Shown here: piece by piece, positions 1-8,650 of the stretch
Position numbering within the stretch: position 1 is the first letter of the stretch
Layout of the letters: every line of letters begins with the position of its first letter
Origin: Carboxydocella sporoproducens DSM 16521
Lineage (GTDB): Bacteria; Bacillota; GCA-003054495; Carboxydocellales; Carboxydocellaceae
NCBI RefSeq assembly: GCF_900167165.1
Contig: NZ_FUXM01000004.1
Span: forward strand, 2,901-26,900
DNA: 24,000 nucleotides
Direction: 5' to 3'
Made by a program: the position numbers and the translations under genes
The notes under the pieces: model-generated
What the model saw: only the letters and a program-made list of their open reading frames with translations
The model's database searches: none
What the model was told of the DNA's origin: nothing

Positions 1-153
1 ATGGAAATAAAGGGTAGCCACGATATCCGCAGCCGAAAGGGAGCCGCCGGGGTGTCCGGACTGGGCCGCTCCGATCATACGGATTATTTGACGGCGCATT
101 TCTTTGGCTTTTTCCGCTATCAACCTGACATCTGCCTCTACCATTGTCATCAT
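1..153 (-). CDS. Transketolase, N-terminal subunit (5' end only; gene runs off the left edge)
   Basis: Absent from the ORF track (<60 aa). My reverse-complement translation of 153..1 is MMTMVEADVRLIAEKAKEMRRQIIRMIGAAQSGHPGGSLSAADIVATLYFH. The SGHPGGSLS..DI..TLYF block is the N-terminal signature of split transketolases. GGAGG lies 7 nt upstream of the ATG at 153. Confidence 0.7.
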   Translation of the reverse strand, partial: MMTMVEADVRLIAEKAKEMRRQIIRMIGAAQSGHPGGSLSAADIVATLYFH

Positions 154-166
154 GCAAAGCCCTCCA

Positions 167-1018
167 TTAGTTGAATTTTTTAAATCCTTCGCCCAGAACT
201 TCGTGTACATCTGTAACAATCACAAATGCCTGCGGGTCGGTTTCATAGACCACCTCTTTCAGCCGGCTGACCTCGGATTGACTGACAACAGATAAAAGGA
301 CATGCCGACTGATGCCCGTATAGGCTCCTTTACCAGCCAGAGAAGTTACGCCCCTGTCCAGGCGGGTCATAATGTTGCAGGCAATTTCCTCACTATGATC
401 TGAAATAATAAAAGCTGCTTTCGCCGAGATTATTCCTTCCTGGACCAGATCAATTACCCGGGCTGCCACAAAAACCGTAATCAGCGCATAAAGGGCTTTT
501 TCTACCCCAAAAACCAGGGTCGCCCCCAGGATAACCAGCCCATCAATAAACAACAGAATCTGCCCCAGCGGTAAACCTACAAATTTATGTAATAAGGCCG
601 CCAGTTCATCGGTACCACCGGTACTGCCCTTGCTGCGAAAAACCAGACCAATCCCCGCCCCGGTTACCACTCCGCCATAAAGGCTGGCCAGAAGCAAATT
701 GCTGGTTGCCGGCTGAAGATAGGGAGTAAGCAAATCAACAAAAATAGGCAGGGTAAGGGCACCCAGGAATGTGCGAGCTGCAAAACCCCAGCCCAGAGCC
801 AGCGTACTGGCAATAAACAGGGGAATTTCCATGGCCAGCATCGAGCGGCCAACCGGAAAACCAAACAGCTTATTGAGGATAATGGCGATCCCGCTCACAC
901 CTCCGGCTGCAATCTGGTTGGGGGCCAAAAACCAGACTATCCCGGCAGCAGTGATCAGAGAGCCCAGCAGGGTGCCAAGGGATTGCAATATGAATTTGCT
1001 TTTTCTCCAGGTTGTCAA
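167..1018 (-). CDS. YitT-family integral membrane protein (C-terminal DUF2179-like domain)
   Basis: 283-aa ORF. The N-terminal two thirds are polytopic and hydrophobic (GGVSGIAIILN, GGTDELAALL-like segment). The soluble C-terminal part (VTSLAGKGAYTG...VIVTDVHEVLGEGF) is typical of YitT/DUF2179 proteins. TTG start preceded by GAGGTGA. Confidence 0.75.
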   Translation of the reverse strand: MTTWRKSKFILQSLGTLLGSLITAAGIVWFLAPNQIAAGGVSGIAIILNKLFGFPVGRSMLAMEIPLFIASTLALGWGFAARTFLGALTLPIFVDLLTPYLQPATSNLLLASLYGGVVTGAGIGLVFRSKGSTGGTDELAALLHKFVGLPLGQILLFIDGLVILGATLVFGVEKALYALITVFVAARVIDLVQEGIISAKAAFIISDHSEEIACNIMTRLDRGVTSLAGKGAYTGISRHVLLSVVSQSEVSRLKEVVYETDPQAFVIVTDVHEVLGEGFKKFN

Positions 1019-1046
1019 GTTATCACCTCATTTAATGTTATCCCCC

Positions 1047-1079
1047 AAAAGGAAAGGGGAAATGCACTTTCCCCTTTCC
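1047..1079 (-). terminator. Rho-independent terminator after prfB
   Basis: Perfect 12-bp stem GGAAAGGGGAAA (1051..1062) / TTTCCCCTTTCC (1068..1079) with a 5-nt loop. On the minus strand it is followed by TTTT (complement of 1047..1050). Confidence 0.8.
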
Positions 1080-1086
1080 CCTCTCT

Positions 1087-2197
1087 CTATTCCTTGCGCT
1101 GGCGGGCCTGTTGAATAAGATAAGCACTGATAAATTCATCGATTTCTCCATCCATTACTGCCTCAACATTGCCGATTTCCACATTGGTTCGATGATCTTT
1201 AACCAGACGATAGGGTTGAAAAACATAGGAACGAATCTGACTCCCCCAGGCGATATCCTGTTGCTCTCCCCGTAAGGCTGCCAGTTTGGCTTCCTGTTCC
1301 TTCAGTTTCAGGTCCAGGAGTTTGGCCTTTAGCATTTTCATTGCCTTGGTGCGGTTGCTGATCTGACTGCGCTCGCTCTGGCACTGTACCACGATGCCAG
1401 TAGGAATATGGGTAATTCGCACAGCCGAGTCGGTTTTATTGACATGCTGTCCCCCCGCTCCCCCGGACCGGTAAGTATCGATGCGCAGATCCTCAGGGTT
1501 AATTTCAACCTCAACTTCATCTTCCACTTCCGGTATGACATCCACAGAAGCGAAAGAGGTATGCCTGCGCCCGGAGGCATCAAAGGGGGAGATGCGCACC
1601 AGGCGGTGCACCCCTTTTTCTGCCTTTAGATAACCATAAGCATGAGGGCCACTGATTTCCAGGGTAGCACTTTTGATACCCGCTTCATCTCCCGGCAATA
1701 AATCCAAAACCTCCACTTTATATCCCCGGTTTTCGGCCCAGCGGGTATACATCCTGAGCAGCATCTGACACCAGTCCTGGGCCTCTGTACCACCGGCACC
1801 GGCATGCAGACTGAGCAGAGCATCATTCTGATCATAGGGTCCGGAGAGCAAAACCTCCAGCTCTTTCTTTTCCACCGCCCGGGTCAGCTGCCGGACAGCC
1901 TGGGCTACTTCTGCCTCCATCTCTTCCAGGTCTTCTTCCGTTGCCAGCTGGTAGAGGGTCCAGGCATCTTCCCATTCCCGGTATAAGTCCTGGAATTCCC
2001 GAATTTGTTCCTGTAAGGAAGTAATCTGTTGCATCAGTTTTTGCGCTTCCTCCGGCTGGTCCCAGAAATCCGGAGCCATTGTTTTCGGTTCCAGTTCCTT
2101 CAAACGAGCTTCTTTACCAGCCAGGTCAAAGAGAAACCCTCATTTCTTCCAGTCTTTCCTGCAATTCTTCCAGTGGGCGCTTCCAGTCACCCAGCAT
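1087..2197 (-). CDS. prfB: Peptide chain release factor 2, made via programmed +1 frameshift
   Basis: The track ORF 1087..2103 contains the RF2 hallmarks SPF (RISPFDA) and GGQ (SGGAGGQHVNKT). Frame 0 starts at ATG 2197 (MLGDWKRPLEELQERLEEMRVSL, 23 codons) and hits an in-frame TGA at 2126..2128 in the context CTT TGA C. Shifting +1 gives DLAGKEARLKELEPK..., continuous with the long ORF. Confidence 0.95.
2125..2141 (-). promoter_or_regulatory. prfB autoregulatory +1 frameshift site (SD-like GAGGG + CTT TGA C)
   Basis: The minus strand reads GAGGGTTTCTCTTTGAC. This is the canonical RF2 slippery CUU-UGA-C with an upstream internal Shine-Dalgarno-like element. Confidence 0.9.
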
Positions 2198-2198
2198 G

Positions 2199-4868
2199 TT
2201 ATGCACTCCTTCCACAGCAGCGTTTATATTTCTTGCCACTGCCACAGGGGCAGGGATCATTGCGGCCTACTGTCTTTTCACCTCTTACCGGTGCTTTGGG
2301 CTGGTCCTGGTAGAGATTTTCCTGGACATCCTGGCGTTCCTCCGGTTCCTCTACCACGGTAAGGCGATAAACATAGCGGACCACATCTTCTTTAATGCTT
2401 TCAATCATGTTCTGGAACATTTCATAGCCTTCAAACTTGTACTCAACCAGCGGGTCTTTTTGACCATAGGCTCTGAGACCAATGCCCTGGCGCAGCTGGT
2501 CCATGGCATCTAAGTGGTCCATCCATTTTTCGTCTACAACCCGCAGCATGATAATGCGTTCCAGCTCCCGCATGGTCTCCTGGCCCAATGCCTTTTCCTT
2601 GTTTTCATAATAAGCCAGGGCCGCTTCCAGCAGCTGGCGGCGGATTTCTTCCCGCCCAACATCCTGCAGAGCTTCCACAGTCAGATTATGCTCTGGCAGA
2701 TAGAATTGCTCACTGTAGCGTAACAACCCGGCCAGATCCCACTCTTCCGGATGGACACCGGCATTGCAGTAGATATCCAGGGCCCGGTCGATCAGGTCCT
2801 CCACCATGCCCAGCACTGTTTCCCGCAGGTTTTCCCCGAACAGCACCCGGCGCCGCTGTTCATAAATCACTTCCCGCTGCTGGTTCATAACATCATCATA
2901 TTCCAGCACGTGTTTACGAATTTCGAAGTTACGGGCTTCCACCCGCTTCTGTGCTGTTTCCAGGGAACGGGTGACCAGAGGATGTTCGATAGGTACATCT
3001 TCTTCCATCCCCAGCTTGTCCATTAAGCCAGCTATATTATCTGAACCGAATTTACGCATTAAGTCATCTTCCAGAGACAGATAAAAGCGGCTGCTCCCCG
3101 GGTCTCCCTGCCGGCCAGCCCGTCCCCGCAGCTGGTTATCGATTCGGCGGCTCTCATGCCTTTCTGTCCCGATAATATGCAGGCCACCTAACGCCACTAC
3201 CTTTTCCTGTTCGGCATCGGTTTCCCGTTTGGCTTCCTCATACAGCCTTAAGAAATGCTCTCTGGCCTCCAGCACTTCGGGAATATTGGGCGGCACCTTT
3301 TCCGCTGCCAGATGGACGATTCTTTCATCATAACCCATTTGCCGCAGGCGCTGTTTAGCCAGAAACTCCGGGTTACCCCCCAGCAAAATGTCGGTACCCC
3401 GACCAGCCATATTGGTTGCAATCGTTACCGCCCCCAAACGACCGGCCTGAGCTACTATCTCTGCCTCTTTTTCATGGTATTTGGCATTCAGCACCTGATG
3501 CGGTACTCCGCGCTTGCGCAGCATCTCACTCAGCATTTCCGATTTTTCAATGGAAGTAGTACCAACCAGAACTGGCTGTCCGGTACGGTGGCGTTCCACT
3601 ATTTCCTCAACAACAGCCTTGTATTTGGCCTTTTCAGTTTTAAAAATCAAATCCGGCAAATCCACCCGGCGGTTGGGCCGGTTGGTGGGTATGACCACTA
3701 CATCCAGGTTGTAGATCTTGCGGAATTCCATTTCTTCCGTTGCCGCTGTACCGGTCATACCCGCCAGCTTTTTGTACATGCGGAAATAGTTCTGGAAGGT
3801 AATGGTAGCCAGTGTCTGGCTTTCTCGCTCTATTTTTACCCCTTCCTTGGCCTCAATGGCCTGGTGCAGGCCATCACTGTAGCGGCGGCCAAACATCAGG
3901 CGCCCGGTAAATTCATCCACGATGATGACTTCCCCATCTTTTACCACATAATCCCGGTCCCGCTTCATCAAGGCCTTGGCCTTGACGGCATTGTGCAGGT
4001 GGTGGGTTAACTCCGTATGGTCATCTTCGTAGAGGTTATCCACTCCCAGCATTTTCTCTACTTTCTCGATGCCTTTTTCCGTCATGGCAATAGTATGAGC
4101 CTTTTCATCTACGGTATAGTCTTCATTTTCCACCAGCTTTTCGGCAATGCGGGCAAAAACATAGTAGAGGTCAGTTGCCTTGTCCCCGGCTCCGGAAATG
4201 ATCAGGGGCGTCCTGGCCTCATCTATCAAAATGGAGTCCACCTCATCCACAATGGCATAATTCAAGGGCCGCTGTACCATATGGTCAGCGTGCATAACCA
4301 TATTATCCCTTAGATAGTCAAAACCGAATTCATTATTGGTACCATAAGTAATATCAGCAGCATAGGCTCGCTTCCGTTCCGCATAATCCAGGCCGTGAAC
4401 AATCAAGCCAACTTCCAATCCCAGGAAACGATAAACCTGACCCATCCATTCCGAGTCCCGCCTGGCCAGATAGTCGTTTACAGTGACTACATGAACCCCC
4501 TTGCCCTCCAGGGCATTGAGATAGGCAGGTAAAGTAGCAACCAGGGTTTTTCCTTCCCCGGTTCGCATCTCCGCAATCTTCCCTTGATGCAATACCATAC
4601 CGCCGATAAGCTGCACATCAAAATGGCGCATCCCCAGAACCCGTTTGGACGCTTCGCGAACAACCGCAAAAGCCTCTGGTAAAAGGTCATCCAGACTGGC
4701 CCCACTGGCCAGCCGTTGTTTAAATTCACCAGTCCTGGCCGCCAGTTCTTGATCAGACAGTTTTTCCATTTCCGGCTCCAAACCGTTAATTACATCCACC
4801 ACTTTGCGCAATTTCTTAATCTCTCTGGCATTATCGTCTAGTAAGTTTTTTAAAAAATTTAATACCAC
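2199..4868 (-). CDS. secA: Preprotein translocase ATPase SecA
   Basis: 889-aa ORF with the DEAD-like motor (MRTGEGKTL Walker [21 protein letters not shown]) and the C-terminal zinc-binding tail [17 protein letters not shown] start with AAGGGGG 8 nt upstream. Its stop lies 2 nt from the prfB ATG. Confidence 0.97.
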   Translation of the reverse strand: MVLNFLKNLLDDNAREIKKLRKVVDVINGLEPEMEKLSDQELAARTGEFKQRLASGASLDDLLPEAFAVVREASKRVLGMRHFDVQLIGGMVLHQGKIAEMRTGEGKTLVATLPAYLNALEGKGVHVVTVNDYLARRDSEWMGQVYRFLGLEVGLIVHGLDYAERKRAYAADITYGTNNEFGFDYLRDNMVMHADHMVQRPLNYAIVDEVDSILIDEARTPLIISGAGDKATDLYYVFARIAEKLVENEDYTVDEKAHTIAMTEKGIEKVEKMLGVDNLYEDDHTELTHHLHNAVKAKALMKRDRDYVVKDGEVIIVDEFTGRLMFGRRYSDGLHQAIEAKEGVKIERESQTLATITFQNYFRMYKKLAGMTGTAATEEMEFRKIYNLDVVVIPTNRPNRRVDLPDLIFKTEKAKYKAVVEEIVERHRTGQPVLVGTTSIEKSEMLSEMLRKRGVPHQVLNAKYHEKEAEIVAQAGRLGAVTIATNMAGRGTDILLGGNPEFLAKQRLRQMGYDERIVHLAAEKVPPNIPEVLEAREHFLRLYEEAKRETDAEQEKVVALGGLHIIGTERHESRRIDNQLRGRAGRQGDPGSSRFYLSLEDDLMRKFGSDNIAGLMDKLGMEEDVPIEHPLVTRSLETAQKRVEARNFEIRKHVLEYDDVMNQQREVIYEQRRRVLFGENLRETVLGMVEDLIDRALDIYCNAGVHPEEWDLAGLLRYSEQFYLPEHNLTVEALQDVGREEIRRQLLEAALAYYENKEKALGQETMRELERIIMLRVVDEKWMDHLDAMDQLRQGIGLRAYGQKDPLVEYKFEGYEMFQNMIESIKEDVVRYVYRLTVVEEPEERQDVQENLYQDQPKAPVRGEKTVGRNDPCPCGSGKKYKRCCGRSA

Positions 4869-4894
4869 TCCGTTTGCCCCCTTATAATAACGAA

Positions 4895-4912
4895 GGAACC
4901 CACAAGGGTCCC
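4895..4912 (-). other. Hairpin in the putative secA 5' UTR, downstream of the DUF5317-like gene
   Basis: Minus strand GGGACCC-TTGT-GGGTTCC (7 bp including one G-U) followed by UUCGUUAUUAU. The U-tract is weak for a terminator, so the function is unknown. Confidence 0.25.
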
Positions 4913-4938
4913 TTTTGCCTGAACTCTTGCAATATATA

Positions 4939-4967
4939 ATTTTATCATTACCTCAGGATTGGCGCAA
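4939..4967 (-). promoter_or_regulatory. Candidate sigma-A promoter for secA-prfB
   Basis: Minus strand has TTGCGC (4962..4967), a 17-nt spacer, then TG-n-TAAAAT (extended -10; -10 hexamer 4939..4944). The -35 is poor (3/6). Confidence 0.35.
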
Positions 4968-4970
4968 CTT

Positions 4971-5513
4971 TCAGCTGCTTTTTTTCCGGCCATTGCCCAC
5001 CATTCCTTCAGCAATAATCCAGAAAAGCCCTACCGCCAGCAAGACATCACCAATGCTGAAAACTTCATTCAATCCGGGAATATAGAAAATGTCTCCCAGA
5101 AAAGGCAGGGCATCATCTACCTGTAACAGACGGTGGGTACCATCTTCATAGAGGGCCAGCCTCTCTTTGACATGGGCCGGTAAAAAGCGGCCACTGACCG
5201 GCATATAGCCACCATTAAACAGAATCACCAGGAAGTTAAGAAACAAGCCCAGCCCCAGTATTCTGACCCCAATCAAATGCCGGTTAAGATAGAGCCAGTA
5301 GAAAAGAAAAAAATAACTGACCACATGGACCCAGCCCCCCCAGAGAATAACGGGATAAAATCGGGCCCGGGCCAGAATATCCAGCAGAAATTGCAGGGCG
5401 AAGGCAATCACCACCAGCATCAATCCCCGTAATTCCAGTTCACCCAGTCTGGCCAGGCTGCCCCGGCGCAGCCAGCCAAAAATCAAGGCAGCCACCAGTG
5501 CCATCCAGAACAC
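4971..5513 (-). CDS. Small polytopic membrane protein, DUF5317-like
   Basis: The ORF is almost entirely hydrophobic helices (ALVAALIFGWL, LMLVVIAFALQFLL, VVSYFFLFYWLYL, LGLGLFLNFLVILF, LLAVGLFWII). I place the start at GTG 5513 (GGAGG + 7 nt), 2 nt after the upstream gene's TAA, not at the track start 5534. The family name comes from memory of DUF5317 length and topology and is not verified. Confidence 0.55.
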   Translation of the reverse strand: MFWMALVAALIFGWLRRGSLARLGELELRGLMLVVIAFALQFLLDILARARFYPVILWGGWVHVVSYFFLFYWLYLNRHLIGVRILGLGLFLNFLVILFNGGYMPVSGRFLPAHVKERLALYEDGTHRLLQVDDALPFLGDIFYIPGLNEVFSIGDVLLAVGLFWIIAEGMVGNGRKKSS

Positions 5514-5515
5514 TT

Positions 5516-6256
5516 TTATTCCTCCCTCCACCACCCGGAAATAATCAGGTCCACCAGTTCGGGGTCAATCAGCTTGCCTTTCTCCGAGGCGAGGATTTGT
5601 TTAATTTCCTCTCTGTTCTTACCCTGAACTAACAATGTATCAACAAAATCAGCTACATGCAAGATGCGTGCAGCTAATTCAATTTTCTCTCCCTGTAAAC
5701 CAAAGTAACAGTTAGCCCCATCATAGCGCAGATGGTGCATCCCTACCCAGCGGCTGACATCAACCAGAAAAGGAATGCGCTCCAGTATGCGCTGGCCAGC
5801 CAGCGCATGCGCATCCTGATCCAGCTCATCGCCTCTTAGAACCAGTTTACCGATATCGTGGTAGAGAGCAGCCCTCCGTAGCTTTTTGCGCTCCGGTTCT
5901 GTCATTCCCTTTTGTAAAGCCAGCCAGTCCGCCAGTTGGGCGACCCGCTGGTTATGGCCTTCCTTGCCGTCTACTGTGCGCTCGGTTATAGATGCCAGTA
6001 CTTCCAGGGTCTGCAGCAACTGAACTTTCATGCGCCGGTAGCTGTAATAGGCATAGCCAGCCAGTGCGAGAGGAATTAGATAAAAACTAAGAAGCATCAT
6101 CCCTTGTGTTATGCTGGTTTGCCATTTTAACGAAAGTATAAAAATTATTATAAAACTAAACAACATAATAATTATTTTTTCTCTATTTTTCGACAACAGA
6201 AACCATAGAAAAAAGCCCTTCCCGTTGGTTTGGGACGGCTTTCTGCCTGATTGCAT
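5516..6256 (-). CDS. Membrane-anchored HD-domain protein, degenerate HD-GYP
   Basis: 246 aa with N-terminal TM helices followed by an HD domain (GHNQRV, LYHDIGKL). The position of the HHExxDGxGYPxGL motif reads HHLRYDGANCYFGL (5696..5737, checked by hand), so Glu and GYP are lost. AAGGAGA lies about 10 nt upstream of ATG 6256. Confidence 0.75.
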   Translation of the reverse strand: MQSGRKPSQTNGKGFFLWFLLSKNREKIIIMLFSFIIIFILSLKWQTSITQGMMLLSFYLIPLALAGYAYYSYRRMKVQLLQTLEVLASITERTVDGKEGHNQRVAQLADWLALQKGMTEPERKKLRRAALYHDIGKLVLRGDELDQDAHALAGQRILERIPFLVDVSRWVGMHHLRYDGANCYFGLQGEKIELAARILHVADFVDTLLVQGKNREEIKQILASEKGKLIDPELVDLIISGWWREE

Positions 6257-6338
6257 ATAGCCTTACTCTCCTTGTTTCGCATTTAGCTCACTCCACTGTA
6301 AGGCTTTCTATGTACCGCATCTCAATTTATGTAAATGT

Positions 6339-7652
6339 CTATTCTTCCGCTTGTGCTGCTGCTATTTCACCCCTGGCTGCACCGGTTTCTATTTCCGTTA
6401 ATATTTGTTTTTCCCACTTCGGGGCTAACCGCTTTTCCCAGGCCTGCACAAATGCCTGAACCACCTGGCTGTCCAGTTCAGCACCACCGCATTTTTGCAG
6501 TTCCTGAATGGCCTCCCGGGGAGATCGTCCAGCCCGATAGACCCGGTTAGACGTCATGGCATCAAAGCAATCTGCCACCGCAATAATCCGGGCCCCCATG
6601 GGAATTTCTTCACCACGTAGTCCATCAGGATAGCCGGATCCATCCATGCGTTCATGGTGGTAACGGACCATAAGATAAGCATCTCCCAGATTTTTGACCT
6701 GCTTTAGAATCTCAGCCCCAACTAGGGCATGGTCCTTGATGCGATTATATTCCTGGGGGCTAAGACGGGTACTTTTGTTAAGGATAACATCAGGAATGGC
6801 AATTTTGTCAATATCATGGAGCAAAGCCATATAGCGCAAAGTCTCAATTTTATGTTCCGGCCAATCCAGTTCTCGGGCGGTTTCCACTGCGAATTCAGCT
6901 ACTCGCTCGGAATGTCCTTTGGTATAGAGATCCTTGGCCTCAATAGCGGTAACCAGGGCCTGGACTGTGTCCAGGTACATTTGCCGGGTGTCCATGTAGA
7001 GTTTGAAGGAATGGCGGGCCAGCATGAGGGGCAGGATGAACATTAATATGCCTAGTGCCCCCCATGCTTCATATATTTTGGCCATTAAAATACCCATTGG
7101 GGTAAGGGCAAGAAAATTTGGAACAACCCATTTATAATTTATCATCCAAATATCATATAGTTTCAAGTTTTGGGCCATTGCCAATGCTATTGATACTAAA
7201 AAAATATTCAATACAACAAAAATAATCGCGCTAATTATAGTTGCAGGCACTAAACTCCATAAATTTATGAAGAACAATTTTGCAAAAGCAGCTAAACTAA
7301 TTGATATTATAAACTGTCCAATGTTAAATAGAATTTTAAAAATGTTTTTATTTTTGATTGTAAAACTGTTTAGACATTCGCCTATGAAAACGGAAAGAAT
7401 TGCTGCGGGAGGATTAAAAAAATATAAAATTGCAACATTTAAAGCGATTCCAACTGTAATACTTGCACCTCTTGGCAAAAAAACAGGAAACATTTCAATA
7501 ATCCAATAGACCAAAGCAAATAATACTATATCGAATAGACTATTTTTTTCAAAATTTGTATGTGTAATTGCGTATGCTAATAATATTACCGCAGCTATAT
7601 CAACCAAAAAAATATATATATTTAGCATCTTCGCTTTCATAGACGAATACAT
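6339..7652 (-). CDS. Membrane-bound HD-GYP domain protein (putative c-di-GMP phosphodiesterase)
   Basis: 437 aa. Roughly the first 200 aa form a multi-pass membrane domain. The C-terminal half has GHSERVAEFA, LLHDIDKIAIP and the canonical HHERMDGSGYPDGL...ADCFDAMTSNRVYR. GAGGTGA lies 5 nt before ATG 7652. Confidence 0.85.
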   Translation of the reverse strand: MYSSMKAKMLNIYIFLVDIAAVILLAYAITHTNFEKNSLFDIVLFALVYWIIEMFPVFLPRGASITVGIALNVAILYFFNPPAAILSVFIGECLNSFTIKNKNIFKILFNIGQFIISISLAAFAKLFFINLWSLVPATIISAIIFVVLNIFLVSIALAMAQNLKLYDIWMINYKWVVPNFLALTPMGILMAKIYEAWGALGILMFILPLMLARHSFKLYMDTRQMYLDTVQALVTAIEAKDLYTKGHSERVAEFAVETARELDWPEHKIETLRYMALLHDIDKIAIPDVILNKSTRLSPQEYNRIKDHALVGAEILKQVKNLGDAYLMVRYHHERMDGSGYPDGLRGEEIPMGARIIAVADCFDAMTSNRVYRAGRSPREAIQELQKCGGAELDSQVVQAFVQAWEKRLAPKWEKQILTEIETGAARGEIAAAQAEE

Positions 7653-7673
7653 ATGCTCACCTCAGTTAAATAG

Positions 7674-7751
7674 TTAAACCCACCGAGTACTAGCCCCACC
7701 TACCAGTACAACAGCGATCAGAGCCAATACAACTTTCAGTACTTTTTGCAT
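7674..7751 (-). CDS. Candidate small hydrophobic peptide (25 aa)
   Basis: Not in the ORF track. Hand translation gives MQKVLKVVLALIAVVLVGGASTRWV-stop. A perfect AAGGAGGTG lies 7 nt upstream of the ATG. The stop is 22 nt before the HD-GYP start. It could form one TM helix. Length alone gives no statistical support. Confidence 0.35.
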   Translation of the reverse strand: MQKVLKVVLALIAVVLVGGASTRWV

Positions 7752-7846
7752 CGCGGTACACCTCCTTCTGTTTTTTTATTTTAGGTGACCGCTCCTCTCA
7801 CTCTCATTTATGCCATGTCTCCCATCAAGGAGACGAATGGCCCTGT

Positions 7847-8491
7847 TTAGGGTTTAACCAGCAATGACAGACGCCGGTTTACGGCATTGAGGGTAGCCTT
7901 TACCACAGTCTCCCACTCATCAACCCGGACGTAGGCGGAACCAATCAAGGCCTCTTCCTCTTCCGGGGTAACCAGGGTTACAGCTACCACTGCGGCTTGC
8001 TTGCGTCCCAGGTGAATGATGGCTACATCATCCACAGCGAAGGTGCAATTGCCGCGCAGATAGCGCTCCAGCGCATCCAGAGTGGCCTGAGCCACCAGGC
8101 GCAGTTTATTGTTATAGGCTCCCGGGCCCTGGGCTCGACCAAACATGGTATCATCACCGAGCTGAAGTTCCACTTCCGCCTTGGCTTGTACCCCTTCAGT
8201 AAACAGCTCAGCCCGTATCAGTTTGGGGCGAACCTCGGTGACGGGAATCTCTTCTTCATTAGCCATTTGAGCTACGGAAATTTTCTTGTGGTCCAGGGCC
8301 ACGCCAAACTGGGCCATCACCGCCGATTCTATATCCCGTACCAGTTGCTTGGGGCTGCGGTTTTGCTTGGCCAGAACATGGACTTCCTGAACTTCACCGT
8401 ATTCATTGGAAACTATTTTAGCAGAAACTACATCCTTTATCTGGCGAATAATAGCTTCAAATTCTCTGATCATTTCCGGAGTTACACCCAT
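7847..8491 (-). CDS. Hypothetical two-domain protein, no family recognised
   Basis: 214-aa ORF on the same strand as its neighbours, with non-repetitive composition. It has an N-terminal module of about 75 aa (IKDVVSAKIVSNEYGEVQEVHVLAK..PKQLVRDIESAV), an acidic linker (NEEEIPVTE) and a C-terminal alpha/beta-looking domain of about 130 aa. The SD is weak (GGAGAGGA about 16 nt upstream). Confidence 0.65.
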   Translation of the reverse strand: MGVTPEMIREFEAIIRQIKDVVSAKIVSNEYGEVQEVHVLAKQNRSPKQLVRDIESAVMAQFGVALDHKKISVAQMANEEEIPVTEVRPKLIRAELFTEGVQAKAEVELQLGDDTMFGRAQGPGAYNNKLRLVAQATLDALERYLRGNCTFAVDDVAIIHLGRKQAAVVAVTLVTPEEEEALIGSAYVRVDEWETVVKATLNAVNRRLSLLVKP

Positions 8492-8601
8492 TTTCTATCA
8501 TCCGTCCTCTCCTGGTATTCTCGCTCACTCTCGATTAGTGTAATATTTTCTACAAAATTTCAATTTTTCCTGCTTGTTAATTCAAAAAATACAACTTTTT
8601 T

Positions 8602-8629
8602 AAAAAAGGCCAGTCCCTGTGGACCGGCC
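8602..8629 (-). terminator. Rho-independent terminator after hpf
   Basis: Minus strand GGCCGGTCC-ACAG-GGACTGGCC (9 bp, one G-U) followed by TTTTTT (complement of A-run 8602..8607). Confidence 0.75.
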
Positions 8630-8650
8630 TATTTCCTTACTGCCAAAACT

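Noticed and set aside
2126-2128. In-frame TGA near the 5' end of prfB as evidence of a pseudogene or sequencing error
   Set aside because: The context CTT TGA C with an upstream SD-like element is the conserved programmed frameshift of RF2, and the +1 frame continues uninterrupted.
7755-7790. Possible SD-sequestering hairpin (GGUCACCU ... AGGUGUACC) upstream of the 25-codon ORF
   Set aside because: It has only about 8 bp with a bulge and a 19-nt A-rich loop. I cannot compute its stability and it may form by chance because SD-complementary motifs are common. I note it but do not call it.
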